A DNA stretch of 64,000 nucleotides from Candidatus Poribacteria bacterium. Its GTDB lineage: Bacteria > Poribacteria > WGA-4E > WGA-3G. Positions within the stretch are counted from its first letter, which is position 1; each line of letters opens with the position of its first letter. The notes under the pieces were generated by a model. That model saw only the letters and a list, made by a program, of their open reading frames with translations, was not told the DNA's origin and did not search any database. The stretch lies in assembly GCA_965198235.1 (NCBI GenBank), contig OZ240248.1, positions 1,760,001 through 1,824,000 on the forward strand. The letters run 5' to 3'. Below are positions 30,899-41,226 of this stretch, piece after piece. Made by a program: the position numbers and the translations under genes.

Positions 30899-30963
30899 TA
30901 TCCCTGCATCAACAACTTTTATTTTTTGTAGGATACGCAAATATCCCTTGGAGGTAATAACGA

Positions 30964-32442
30964 ATGAGTGCAAAAAGAACCTCAGGTGCCTTAATGACTT
31001 CATTGGTACTCCACGCGGTCATCGCGTTCATTGCTGGCATTTATCTTGTCACGCAAACTGAACAGTTCAAAGATCTCGTGGGTGCTGACGTGCTCAAACC
31101 TCAGGAGCCACCGAAGCCTAAGGTACGGAAACCCGTTGTAAAGCCTGTTATTAAGCCGACGGTTCCAACGCAGAACACCGTCATCGTTGAGCCGGTTCAA
31201 GTGCAACCCCGTGTAACGACTGCGTTTGTTGCCAAGTCGAGTTTCCAACCGCAGACGGTACTCGAATTTTCAAACCAAACCGTCAGAGTGGACGCACCGA
31301 TTAATCCGAATGTACCGAGAGTGGTTACGCTGAACGCACCCGTGCCGACAGTTGTAACACACGCGGATCTACCTGTTTCGGATGCTCCCGGTGCCTTGGC
31401 GTTCTCCGCACCCGTAGCAACTGCACCCTCCGCCGGACCGGCTAACATTGGTCGTGGTGTTGCAGGCAGCGTCGTGCAGGTGAAAGTCGCTTTTGAACGT
31501 CCACCCGGACTCGCAATGGTTGAAAACGTCGGTGCCGCACGCGATGCCCTCGGCGATGTCGTTGAAAACATCACCCTCGGTAACGTTGAAGTACCACCCC
31601 TGCCCAGAGGCGAACCCGGTGGACGCGTTATCGGTAAAGGTAGAGACATCCGCGGTGTATTCCGTTTCACACGGATCCGTCACAGTCTCTCTGACTGGTG
31701 GGCTGACGCTTCGTCCCTCAATGCATTGACGAAGTGGCTCAACGAGCGGACTAAAATCAAAACCGACATGAACGTTGAAGGTGGTGCATTGAAACTTACC
31801 GATGCCAACCTCTTCAAAACACCGTTTGTCTTTATGACAGGACACGATCCGTCACTCGTCCGTTCTCGGAACCTCCTGGGACGGCAGTATGGTGGTGGTA
31901 AAATGGATAGCCGTCTCACTGAGACTGAAGCCGCTGGTATGCGTCGTTATTTCGTTGAAAAAGGCGGATTCCTCGTCTTTGACGACTGCGGTGTGAACGC
32001 TCCGGCTCAAGCGATGATTCGTCTCTTCTTGGCGCAGATGCGCTACGTCATGCCTGAGTATCAGATTGAACGGATTGCTAACGATCACTCAATTTACGAT
32101 AACTTCTATGAAATGGGGGGTCCCCCTGTCGGATACGACATCTTCTGGTGGGGCACACGTCCACCGAAACGGAACTACCTTGAAGGTATCTCCGTCGGTG
32201 AAAAGTTATCGGTTATCGTTGTCCGTCGTGACTACATGTGCGCAATGGAGTCTGTCAGTCTCCCGACGCGTAGTGTTCACTATTCACCCGGTGTGTATCG
32301 TTTCATGACGAACGTTGTGGTGTATGCCTTGACACACGGTCAGATTTCTGATTATTCTGGTTATGTGCCTGAAGATACGTTAGCCAAGAAGGAACTTCCG
32401 ACGAGCGCACCTGAAGCTGCGAAGGTCGGCGGTTTCGAGTAG
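30964..32442 (+). CDS. Membrane-anchored DUF4159-domain protein
   Basis: N-terminal SLVLH TM, Pro/Val-rich linker, PFVFMTGH and GGFLVFDDC. Confidence 0.8.
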   Translation: MSAKRTSGALMTSLVLHAVIAFIAGIYLVTQTEQFKDLVGADVLKPQEPPKPKVRKPVVKPVIKPTVPTQNTVIVEPVQVQPRVTTAFVAKSSFQPQTVLEFSNQTVRVDAPINPNVPRVVTLNAPVPTVVTHADLPVSDAPGALAFSAPVATAPSAGPANIGRGVAGSVVQVKVAFERPPGLAMVENVGAARDALGDVVENITLGNVEVPPLPRGEPGGRVIGKGRDIRGVFRFTRIRHSLSDWWADASSLNALTKWLNERTKIKTDMNVEGGALKLTDANLFKTPFVFMTGHDPSLVRSRNLLGRQYGGGKMDSRLTETEAAGMRRYFVEKGGFLVFDDCGVNAPAQAMIRLFLAQMRYVMPEYQIERIANDHSIYDNFYEMGGPPVGYDIFWWGTRPPKRNYLEGISVGEKLSVIVVRRDYMCAMESVSLPTRSVHYSPGVYRFMTNVVVYALTHGQISDYSGYVPEDTLAKKELPTSAPEAAKVGGFE

Positions 32443-32790
32443 AATTTTTGTATCTAAGCGCGGTTTTTAACCTCGCACTTTGTTTGGGCTATTGAGTTAT
32501 CCTCCAAGGGTAGCTGAATAGCCCTATATATTGCAATCAAACTCTCTTTCCAGTGATCTAAACACAACCCCTAATTTTCCCCAACAGCAATTACCTCCTA
32601 TCGGACCCCATAAGTTTTTTAGAAGGATCTAATCAACTCACAACGATCTCAACCGATACGCTTTGCTGTGACCAACAACCCATCTCAATTTGGATGCGGA
32701 TTTAATGAATCGTTAGTGGAATGTAATCTATACATCCAGCGCTGAAAATCCACGGCACAATTCCTAAAAAAATCCAGACTTTCGCACACT

Positions 32791-33012
32791 TTGTCCCGAT
32801 GCCTCGTGTGGAAAGTTGGGCTGGATTGGAACGCATTTATTTATGTGTCAATCTTTCTCGCGCTGGGGCTGCTCATATCTTCCCGCGTGAGCAACTCGTC
32901 AACAAGTCTTACGATACTCTTACTGATTTGGACGGTTTGGGTGGTCCTGCTGCCCTCTACGCTCGGAGCGACTACCAGTGGTCTACAGCCGACGATGACC
33001 AGTGACGAATGA
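32791..33012 (+). pseudogene. ABC transporter permease fragment
   Basis: YVSIFLALGLLISSRVSNSSTSLTILLLIW parallels YLSLFYLIGMLISAMTRRTSTALILSLFVW in gene 34122-35627. Both ends are missing. Confidence 0.7.
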
Positions 33013-33265
33013 AGGATCAGAGTGGGGTCAGTGGAACGTCTACACGCGGCATAAAGACTGTGAGAAAATTAACTTGATAAAGCACTCTTTTTGATTGTAT
33101 ACTGTCTCACAATAGACTGCAAAGACAAAGGATTGGATAACGCAAGTTGTTAGTCAATTCTTTGTTAGGAGACATAATGTATTTGAGGCGCGCATAAGCC
33201 AACCGCCGGTAACCTCCTAATCGCGTTCGTTACTAACACACGCTATATGAAATTCAGTACCGCTT

Positions 33266-33454
33266 ATGAAATTCAGACAGCTCACTAAAATGATTGAAGA
33301 TGATGGATGGTATCACGACCGAACGAAAGGCAGTCATAGACAGTTTAAGCATCCTACAAAACCCGGAGTCGTCACAATTGCAGGAAAACCAAACGAAGAT
33401 GTCGACAAAGGAACACTCAATAGCATCCTGAAGCAAGCCGATCTCAAAAATTGA
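33266..33454 (+). CDS. hicA: HicA toxin
   Basis: DGWY..RTKGSHRQFKHP..GVVTI..GTLNSILKQA. Confidence 0.93.
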   Translation: MKFRQLTKMIEDDGWYHDRTKGSHRQFKHPTKPGVVTIAGKPNEDVDKGTLNSILKQADLKN

Positions 33455-33467
33455 GGAGGAAAACCTA

Positions 33468-33710
33468 ATGGAATATGTCGTTATTTTTGAAAAATTTGAA
33501 AACAATTACGGTGCGTATGTCCCCGATCTTCCAGGATGTGCTGTTGTAGGTGCGACACTCGATGAAGTGCGGAGACTGATCGCCGAAGCTATCGATTTTC
33601 ATATCGAAGGGCTGCAAGAAGCAGGTTATAATGTGCCACAGCCGTCATTGACATTACCTGTTCAAACCCCGCCAGGGCAGTCGTCCGAATTAATCGCGAC
33701 GCGGATCTAG
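33468..33710 (+). CDS. hicB: HicB antitoxin
   Basis: YGAYVPDLPGCAVVGATLDE..EAIDFHIEGL. Confidence 0.93.
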   Translation: MEYVVIFEKFENNYGAYVPDLPGCAVVGATLDEVRRLIAEAIDFHIEGLQEAGYNVPQPSLTLPVQTPPGQSSELIATRI

Positions 33711-33712
33711 CT

Positions 33713-34117
33713 CGGATACAAACTTTGGAAGGCGAGACCTACACACTATCGGCGATGTCTGGAAAGATCGTTTTACTTGATGTTGGAGCGTCGTGGTGCG
33801 GTCCCTGTAACATGGCGATCCCGGAGGTCAAAACCATCTATAAGCACTTTAGCAAAACCGAGGATGTCGTCGTCTGGGGCATCAATGATGGGGAAACCCC
33901 TCAGAAAGTTCGGGAGTTTTTAGACGAATATCAGCCACCCTGGCCCGTTCTACTTGACCCACATCGGCAGGTGAGAAAGGCTTATCAGATTGAAAGGATC
34001 CCCTTTTTTATCTTGATTGACAAAAAGGGGAATTGGCAATACAGTTTTGAAAGTTCAAATCTCATAAGCGGTCAGCCCTTAATCTGGCTGATTGAAGCAC
34101 TCCTGTCAGATGCGTGA
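33713..34117 (+). pseudogene. 5'-truncated TlpA-family redoxin
   Basis: IQTLEGETYTLS..GKIVLLD..WCGPC. No RBS or N-terminus; begins right after the hicB stop. Confidence 0.7.
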
Positions 34118-34121
34118 TAAT

Positions 34122-35627
34122 ATGATGTTACTGATACTTATTCGACGAGAACTCCTGGACAATCTAATGACGTTCCGATTTGCGGCAGCTGTCGTGATTA
34201 TGCTGTTGCTCGTTGTTGCGAATACCGTTGTGCTCATCAAGGACTATGAACTGCGGTTGGCGGACTATAACACCGCTGTCAAAACCCATCGGCAGGAACT
34301 CCTGGAGATCAAAACCTATTCGGCAGGAAATATAACCTTTGACCGCCCGCCGAACCCGTTGAGCATTTTCAACACGGGTTTAGATAAGCGATTGGGAAAC
34401 GAAATTGAGGTTTCTCACATTTATATACCGACAATTTGGGATGCCAAAAAGCACGAAGCGGATAATCCATATTTCAACATCCTCACTTCAATCGACATTG
34501 TCCTTATTTTTCAGGGGGTCCTCAGCCTGTTGGCACTCACTTTCGCCTACGATGCCATCGCCGGAGAATACGAACGTGGCACCCTACGCTTGGTGCTCAC
34601 CCATCCAGTCGGGCGTGGGTACGTCCTGTTTGCCAAGTATACCGGTGCGATGGTATGCTTGTTTGTGCCATTGCTGATGAGCCTGCTCCTTATGCTGATT
34701 TTGCTGACGACATCCACTACGATTTCCCTGAACACCGATGATTTCCTGCGTATCGGTGGGATTGTTCTGACATCACTCGTTTATCTGTCGCTGTTCTACC
34801 TTATCGGCATGCTCATTTCTGCAATGACACGTCGAACCAGCACTGCGCTCATTCTGTCGCTATTCGTCTGGGGGTTTTTAGTGCTCGTCTACCCAAATCT
34901 GATTCTCACGGCAGTTGCAACTGACCCGCAAGCGGAAAAAGAAACCGCCGCTTACAATCGGATTAAACGGATGTGGGAAGAACTTGAGAGAAAGCAGAAC
35001 CAATTTCTCGTTAATGACCCTGTCCCAGGGGAAGATTGGGGGTTTGACTTTGATGGGGCAAGTTACATTTTTTGGTCGTTTGAAGACAAACCATCAAGAT
35101 TACTGTATTGGTACCACGCTGGGTCCCATCTTGAAACGATTGACGAGAAATTTGAACCACAGGTGCCACATGCTCAGAATTATTACCACTTCTTGGGAAC
35201 ACTGACCGTCAATACCGTAGAACGAACGTGGCGCCTCCGAAAGCCGGGACTCGATGCTATCTACGTCCAACCCGTAAATAGAGAGCGAATGTTATTAAAG
35301 TTTTCGCCCGCGGGTCTGTATGATGCAGCAACCGAAGCTTGGGCTGGCACTGACTTCAATGGCATCCAAGATTTTTTCACAGCGGCGCAACGCTACCGAC
35401 AAGCAGTCGTCAATTATTATTATGATGAAAAAATATTTGCGTCCCGGCAATGGTTTGCTGCCGATCAGGGTGCCGTTGATTGGAACACACTCCCGCAGTT
35501 CTCTTTTCAGAGAAGCGATATAGGCGTAAATGCAAAACGGGCATTGCCGGATTTATTCTTCCTGCTCACGATGAATGTCCTTCTCTTTATAGCGATATTT
35601 CTCGTTTTTATCAAAAGTGAAGTGTAG
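34122..35627 (+). CDS. ABC-2 type transporter permease
   Basis: LIRRELLDNL, YDAIAGEYERGTLRLVL and multiple TM helices. Confidence 0.9.
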   Translation: MMLLILIRRELLDNLMTFRFAAAVVIMLLLVVANTVVLIKDYELRLADYNTAVKTHRQELLEIKTYSAGNITFDRPPNPLSIFNTGLDKRLGNEIEVSHIYIPTIWDAKKHEADNPYFNILTSIDIVLIFQGVLSLLALTFAYDAIAGEYERGTLRLVLTHPVGRGYVLFAKYTGAMVCLFVPLLMSLLLMLILLTTSTTISLNTDDFLRIGGIVLTSLVYLSLFYLIGMLISAMTRRTSTALILSLFVWGFLVLVYPNLILTAVATDPQAEKETAAYNRIKRMWEELERKQNQFLVNDPVPGEDWGFDFDGASYIFWSFEDKPSRLLYWYHAGSHLETIDEKFEPQVPHAQNYYHFLGTLTVNTVERTWRLRKPGLDAIYVQPVNRERMLLKFSPAGLYDAATEAWAGTDFNGIQDFFTAAQRYRQAVVNYYYDEKIFASRQWFAADQGAVDWNTLPQFSFQRSDIGVNAKRALPDLFFLLTMNVLLFIAIFLVFIKSEV

Positions 35628-35632
35628 AGTGG

Positions 35633-35828
35633 TTGTCAGCGATCAGCAGTCAGCAATCAGTTAATTCTTATGGCAGTTGCGTGTCCCTTGAATGTCGTAG
35701 AATTCTCATACTGAAAACTGAAAGGGTGCGCAGCACCCGTACTGACAACTGATGACTGTAAAACTGACAACTGAAAGGATTACGCAGTAATCCGTACTGA
35801 TAACTGACAACCAATAACTGACAACTGA
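35633..35828. repeat. Heptamer-based inverted repeat element (TCAGCAR ... CTGAYAR)
   Basis: Runs of TCAGCGA/TCAGCAG/TCAGCAA on the left and CTGACAA/CTGATAA on the right. Related copies at ~40266-40297, 47095-47180, 47900-48012, 49691-49835, 54760-54862 and 55141-55193. Confidence 0.85.
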
Positions 35829-36029
35829 ACTCATGTTCGCGAATTAATTCCATGAATAGCATCTCCCTCCATATGAAGATTCTACTGCTTCAAAAGTAAG
35901 CAGTGAGAAATTATATCAACTTTGTCTCGTCGTAACTTCGCGTTAATTTTTACTCCTCAACCCTTTTCTTGTGTGTTAAACTGTACGGGACACCAAAATG
36001 GCATCTTCATATACCAATCAACGTTCACG

Positions 36030-36580
36030 ATAGGAATCGTAGTTTTGGTGATTCCCAACTTCAGTCCATTTTTAGCCGCCTATTTGCGACCTACATCCAC
36101 AGTGTATGAAGTCCATGAGAATATACGAAGATTGTCAATGGACATTCGGCAACAGAGCCGGGAGGCGGTGGAGGAGTTCATACACGAACACGGCGGCGAT
36201 CTAACAGCGTTGAGCGATGCGGAAAAACAAACTATAGACAAAATTCGTGCGAAAGCGGAGCGAAAACAGATGGACCTAAGTGTGGGAAAAGCAGCAGAAA
36301 TCCGACAAGATTTCATCAATAAGGTTGAAGCACAAGCCGATATGAACCTGTCCATATCCCTAATTTCGCCCTCAGCAGCATTTGTTTATTTAGCGACTGA
36401 TGTAGCGAATACCGGAATTCTCAGCGAATGGAATTTCCGTCGCTCTGTTATTCGATACCGTCGCCAATATGCCGAACACGTCAACAACTATATTGAAGAA
36501 ACAGGGACTATGAAATTCTACAACGTATTTTGAAAGCAGATCCGCCAGATTTTGTTCCACCGAGATTTTTTGTTTCAGAC
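36030..36580 (+). pseudogene. ABC permease C-terminal fragment with frameshift
   Basis: LVIPNFSPFLA, LISPSAAFVYLATDVANTG permease-type segments. No N-terminus. Confidence 0.6.
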
Positions 36581-36752
36581 TTGATATTACACGCAACGTG
36601 GAAACGACTTCGCGCGCGGCTGTAGCGATAGCGCGCTCCTCAAAGATTGAAGGGCGGCTCCGAACCGTTCTCGCTGAAAATCTGAATCGGCATCCAGTGC
36701 GGAAGGTTACCGTAGGGATCCGTTAGCTGACGATACTCATTCTCATCTCGTT

Positions 36753-38147
36753 TTGCATCCAGTGCCCGTAGGGATGGTTTTGCGCGATGCGATGCGTTTG
36801 GCGCAAGCGGTTAACCCAGAGGAAACACTGGACGAACAAATTCTTCAGGAGGCATCCAAATCGCAACCGGTCCCAGAAGAGTTACAACCAAAACTTGGAG
36901 AAGTCGGACAGGACTCAGGTTTAAAGCAGGACCAGAAAAATGTTGAAATCTGCACCCAAAATTTGGTTGCGATTGGCAAAGCAATCCAAGCCTACCAGAA
37001 GGAACACAACGATTTTCCAGAGTGGCTGTCGGAACTCCATCCGAAATACTTGCCAGATGCGAATAGCTTACTTTGTCCAGCAGATGAAGACGGTGGCAAG
37101 ACTTATTTTCTTATCAATAGGGATCCAAAAATGTCCATGAGTTACGACTACCAATTTCACCCTCAGTATCGAGCAACAAAAACTGAGGAACGCCTCATGT
37201 ATGGGGATGTTTTACCGCTTGTCCGTTGCCGACATCATAAGAATCGAGCGTTTGAATGTCTAAACTTGAATTTCGCTTTTAAGGTATTTTGGTCATCTGG
37301 TGTGTACACACCGGATCAGTTGTATGAAACCGTTGAGGGAGCCATTGAAGCATTGGAAAAAGGGCTTCAGCGACAAGCAGATAATGAACGGTTCTTTCAT
37401 GTCTATCGTACACTCGCGCATCTCTATATTGAAGTCGGACGCGAAAAAGATGCCGAGCACCTCATTAATCGTTTCAAATCGGTTATAAAACCTGATGACC
37501 TTCAGGCACATTTTATTCTCAGCAGGATGCTTGAAATGGCGAATCAGCATGAAGAAGTGCTTAAAGTTTTTGAGAATCTTGAGGAGTGGTATCCGGAGAA
37601 CTACCGCGTTCTTGAAGAACTTGCGAGGATTCATGAGGAACTGGGTAATTCCGATCTCGCCGCGGAATATCGGAGAAAGGCGGATCCAATGTCGGAGCTT
37701 GTAGGAAAAGTTGTGCATGGCTTTTCTGCGACAGACCTTGATGGTAAACCGATTTCGCTTCAGGACTATCGTGGGAAAGTTGTCTTGCTTGACTTTTGGG
37801 GAGTGTGGTGTGGTTTCTGCATTGACGAAATGCCGAATCTCAAAAAAGTCTACGCTACCTATAAGGATCAGGGATTTGACATCATCGGTGTTAGTCTTGA
37901 TGATGAGGAATCGGAACTGCGGGACTACATTAAGGAGAACGACATCCGGTGGCGGCAGATTTACAGCGGTGAAAGGTGGGAGGACGATCCACTCGCACAG
38001 CAGTATGAAATTATGGGTGTTCCGGAACAGTGGCTTATTGACAGAGGTGGCAAATTAATCACGCATAAAGCCAGAGGGTTGAAGTTGGAACAACTCGTAG
38101 TGGAAGCACTCAAGGACAAATCTGCAGATCAATCAATAATAGATTAA
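36753..38147 (+). CDS. TPR plus TlpA redoxin protein, probably the truncated remainder of an M56/BlaR1 fusion
   Basis: CTQNLVAIGKAIQAY (DUF1559-like), TPR helices, WGVWCGFC redoxin. An out-of-frame M56-like remnant lies at 36580-36726. Confidence 0.75.
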   Translation: MHPVPVGMVLRDAMRLAQAVNPEETLDEQILQEASKSQPVPEELQPKLGEVGQDSGLKQDQKNVEICTQNLVAIGKAIQAYQKEHNDFPEWLSELHPKYLPDANSLLCPADEDGGKTYFLINRDPKMSMSYDYQFHPQYRATKTEERLMYGDVLPLVRCRHHKNRAFECLNLNFAFKVFWSSGVYTPDQLYETVEGAIEALEKGLQRQADNERFFHVYRTLAHLYIEVGREKDAEHLINRFKSVIKPDDLQAHFILSRMLEMANQHEEVLKVFENLEEWYPENYRVLEELARIHEELGNSDLAAEYRRKADPMSELVGKVVHGFSATDLDGKPISLQDYRGKVVLLDFWGVWCGFCIDEMPNLKKVYATYKDQGFDIIGVSLDDEESELRDYIKENDIRWRQIYSGERWEDDPLAQQYEIMGVPEQWLIDRGGKLITHKARGLKLEQLVVEALKDKSADQSIID

Positions 38148-38260
38148 ACGAAAAAGCGCAGTTTCATATAATTCCTATTAACGTGGGTTTGATATAAAGA
38201 TTAGAGAAATCCGACACGATATATCACACCCATCCCAGGCTTGTGAGGGACAGATTCCCG

Positions 38261-38332
38261 CACTCCAGAGGAGTGCTATGTCTATAGAAATCCAATGCCC
38301 AAATTCTTGCACTCCAGAGGAGTGCTATGTCT
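38261..38332. repeat. Direct repeat pair
   Basis: CACTCCAGAGGAGTGCTATGTCT occurs twice, 49 bp apart; each copy is a small hairpin. Confidence 0.8.
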
Positions 38333-38488
38333 GGTAGATTTCATCGTAGGTTGGGTTGAACGGATAATGCCGAACGCTCGCAGTCTAAAAACTGCTGGCA
38401 CTTTTCCCACACATCTTCTTCATAGAGATAATGAGTGAAACCCAACGCTTTTCTAAATCGTCCCAACAATAGGAGGCAAAATAAGATA

Positions 38489-40177
38489 GTGGTAGACTTT
38501 AGCAACACTCTTAGTAGGACAGCAAGTGTGCAGATAGAAGCACATTGGGATCCAATCGAGAATACAGCGAATAACTTACATCGGTCAACAGAAGAAAAGT
38601 TTAATCGAGCCAAGGCACAGTGGCGAGAGCCGGTGGATATGACGTGGGAACAGTGGTTGGAGGTGTTCAATCCCGGACCTGCACATCCGCTGAAGAATTA
38701 CAGCACGGCAGATTTTCAAATCTTTCTTCCACCGTCAACCGTCAATGTCGGGGGTGTCTGGGACTTGGACCCAGAGGGAATTCTCCCTTTTCTACGCCAG
38801 TTTCACCCAAGTGCAACAATGAAAATCCCACGTTATGGCTCCATTCCATCCGATCAGAAAGATGCAAAGGCGTGCTTACGGGCACTTTCGTCTGAATATG
38901 CTGACATCGTTTTCCGAATTCATCCGCGCTTTACACTGGACGCGTCCATTGATGCCTACTTTATGCCAGCGCAATTTGCCGGACATCTGGTAATCAATCG
39001 CGACAACGGAACGGTTTGTCAATGGACGCTATCGCTTCCGAGACGCAATAGTAATGTAGATATCGGTGCTTTTAGAACTCACGATTTGGGGTTCGTTCCT
39101 CGCATGGAGCTCTACAGTTTATCGGAGACGCAGCCAGAATCGATTGCTTGGGAGGTAGCTATCACTGAGGAAGAAGTCGATAAGAAGTTTCAGAAAGCAC
39201 TCTACAAGTTCGCTGAAATTGAATGGACCCCTATTGAAGATGCGGTCGAACTCGCAAAAGCATTGAATCGCCCGATTCATGCGGTACTTTTATTCGGTGT
39301 ACTCGACGATGAATCCTGCTGAGGGACAGGCAAAAGTTTGAGAGCGGGTCCGCTCTCCTCACCGAAAATTATCAATTTGCTCAACACGCACTTTGTGAAC
39401 GTCTGGGTTCTGCTGAGAGAGTTGCCCGAACTGCAGGCGGGTACCAAAGGGGCAGCAGCTGGTGCCTTGGCAACGAAACTTTGGCAGCATTACTCCGATT
39501 CTGTGGACATCCTAACACTGACCCCCGAATTGGAAGTGATTGAACATCTGCCCAGCAAAAGTTTATTGCATCTCGATTATCTACCTCGTAGTGAGCGAAT
39601 ACCCCGATATTTAGAATTGCTAAAGTCATCCGCGGGTGTGGAAGTTGCGGCACAAAAGCTGAGGAAACTTGAAGAGCAGTCCCCCGAAAAGCACAGTCTA
39701 CCCCGCAGATTTGCCAATATCTATGAAGAATTTGGAAACCCTGTGCCTGATTTTTCTGCGACAGATCTTGATGGAAAACCGATTTCGCTCCAGCAATATC
39801 ATGGGAAAGTCGTCCTACTCGATTTTTGGGCGGTCTGGAGTGGTTTCTGCATCGGAGATATACTGAAGGTCAAGAAGATTTACGATACCTATAAAGATCA
39901 GGGATTTGACATTATCGGGGTTAGCCTCGACACCGATGAAATGAAGCTGCGAAATTACCTTAAGAAAAATAACATCCCTTGGCGACAGATTTTCAGTGGG
40001 CAAGAACGGCAGAGTCCACTTGCACAACAGTATGACGTTCGCTCTATTCCAGCACGGTGGCTTATCGATAGAGATGGCAAGCTGATCGCTCAGGAAGCCC
40101 ATCACAAGTTGATCGCCCGTAAAGGCAGGACGGCAGATTTAGAGCAGCTTGTGGCAGCGGCAATCGAAAACTGGTAG
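38489..40177 (+). CDS. selN: Selenoprotein N-like protein fused to a C-terminal TlpA redoxin
   Basis: Track ORFs 38435-39322 and 39338-40177 share one frame: LLFGVLDDESC-TGA(39320-39322)-GTGKSLRAGPLSSPKIINLLN, matching the SelN motif WGALDDQSCUGSGRTLR. Upstream FMPAQFAGHL, NVD and GFVPRMEL also match SelN. GTG 38489 follows AGGAGG. Confidence 0.9.
39340..39357 (+). promoter_or_regulatory. Putative bacterial SECIS element
   Basis: GAGAGCG-ggtc-CGCTCTC perfect hairpin 17 nt after the TGA. Confidence 0.75.
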
Positions 40178-40375
40178 CCTTCCGTAGGTTGGGTTGAACG
40201 AATCTGTGAGGTCTGATGCGGAGTCTCGTAAGTGCGTCAAGTCCAATACAGCCGCCTATACACTCATCTGACAACTGACAACTGATAACCGATAACCAAT
40301 CAAAAGAGTGGATTTAGCATTCCGAGTTATGCTATCATAAAGAGCACAAATACTCTAACTGAGGTAATAAATAAA

Positions 40376-41200
40376 TTGAAACTCGGTGTATCCACTTATT
40401 CTTATTGGCATTTCAAACCTGAACGGGTGCCGATTGAGCACGTTATCGAGGAAGCCGCACAGCTCGAACTCGATGGCGTTGAAATCTTACATCAACAGAT
40501 GGCATCGGAAGCCAATCCGTATCTCCAGAAACTGAAAAGGCTCGCTTTCATACATGGACTTGATCTGTACGCGCTCTCCATCCATCAGGGCTTCGTTTCG
40601 CCAGACGAAGCAACACGTCAAAAAAATATCAATCACACCATCCACTGCATCCGATTAGCACACGAACTCGGCATCCCCGCAATTCGCCTCAACTCAGGAC
40701 GATGGGGCACTGTTCCTTCTTTTAATGAATTAATGAAAACCGAAGGGCAAGAACCGACACTCCCCGGACACACAGAAAACGAGGCGTTTGAGTGGGTAAT
40801 CGCAGCTATCGAAAAGTGTCTTCCAGACGCTGAAAAACATGGGGTTGTTCTTGGACTTGAAAACCATTGGGGACTAACATGCACGCCCGAAGGTGTCAAT
40901 CGCATCGTCTCCGCTATTGATTCAGAATGGTTGAAAGTGACAATGGATTGTGGCAATTTCCTTTCAGATCCATATCAAAAACTGGAACAGATTGCAGATG
41001 AAGCAGTGCTTGTCCATGCCAAAACCTATTACGGTGGTGGCGAATGGTATACATTAGATTTGGATTATGCTAAAATAGGTAATATTCTAAAAGATGTTGG
41101 ATTTCGGGGATACGTATCCATTGAATTTGAAGGGAAAGCCGAGGCACATGTCGGTGTCCCACAGAGTGTGGCGATGCTCCGCGATGCCATCCCTCAATAG
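40376..41200 (+). CDS. Sugar phosphate isomerase/epimerase
   Basis: LGVSTYSY, GLENHWG, DCGNF, HAK and SIEFEG. Confidence 0.92.
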   Translation: MKLGVSTYSYWHFKPERVPIEHVIEEAAQLELDGVEILHQQMASEANPYLQKLKRLAFIHGLDLYALSIHQGFVSPDEATRQKNINHTIHCIRLAHELGIPAIRLNSGRWGTVPSFNELMKTEGQEPTLPGHTENEAFEWVIAAIEKCLPDAEKHGVVLGLENHWGLTCTPEGVNRIVSAIDSEWLKVTMDCGNFLSDPYQKLEQIADEAVLVHAKTYYGGGEWYTLDLDYAKIGNILKDVGFRGYVSIEFEGKAEAHVGVPQSVAMLRDAIPQ

Positions 41201-41226
41201 CATGACACAATTTGGAGAAACTTCTA

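Noticed and set aside
33010-33054. Sec read-through at the TGA ending the permease fragment
   Set aside because: No Cys-type motif or hairpin, and the frame closes after 13 codons.
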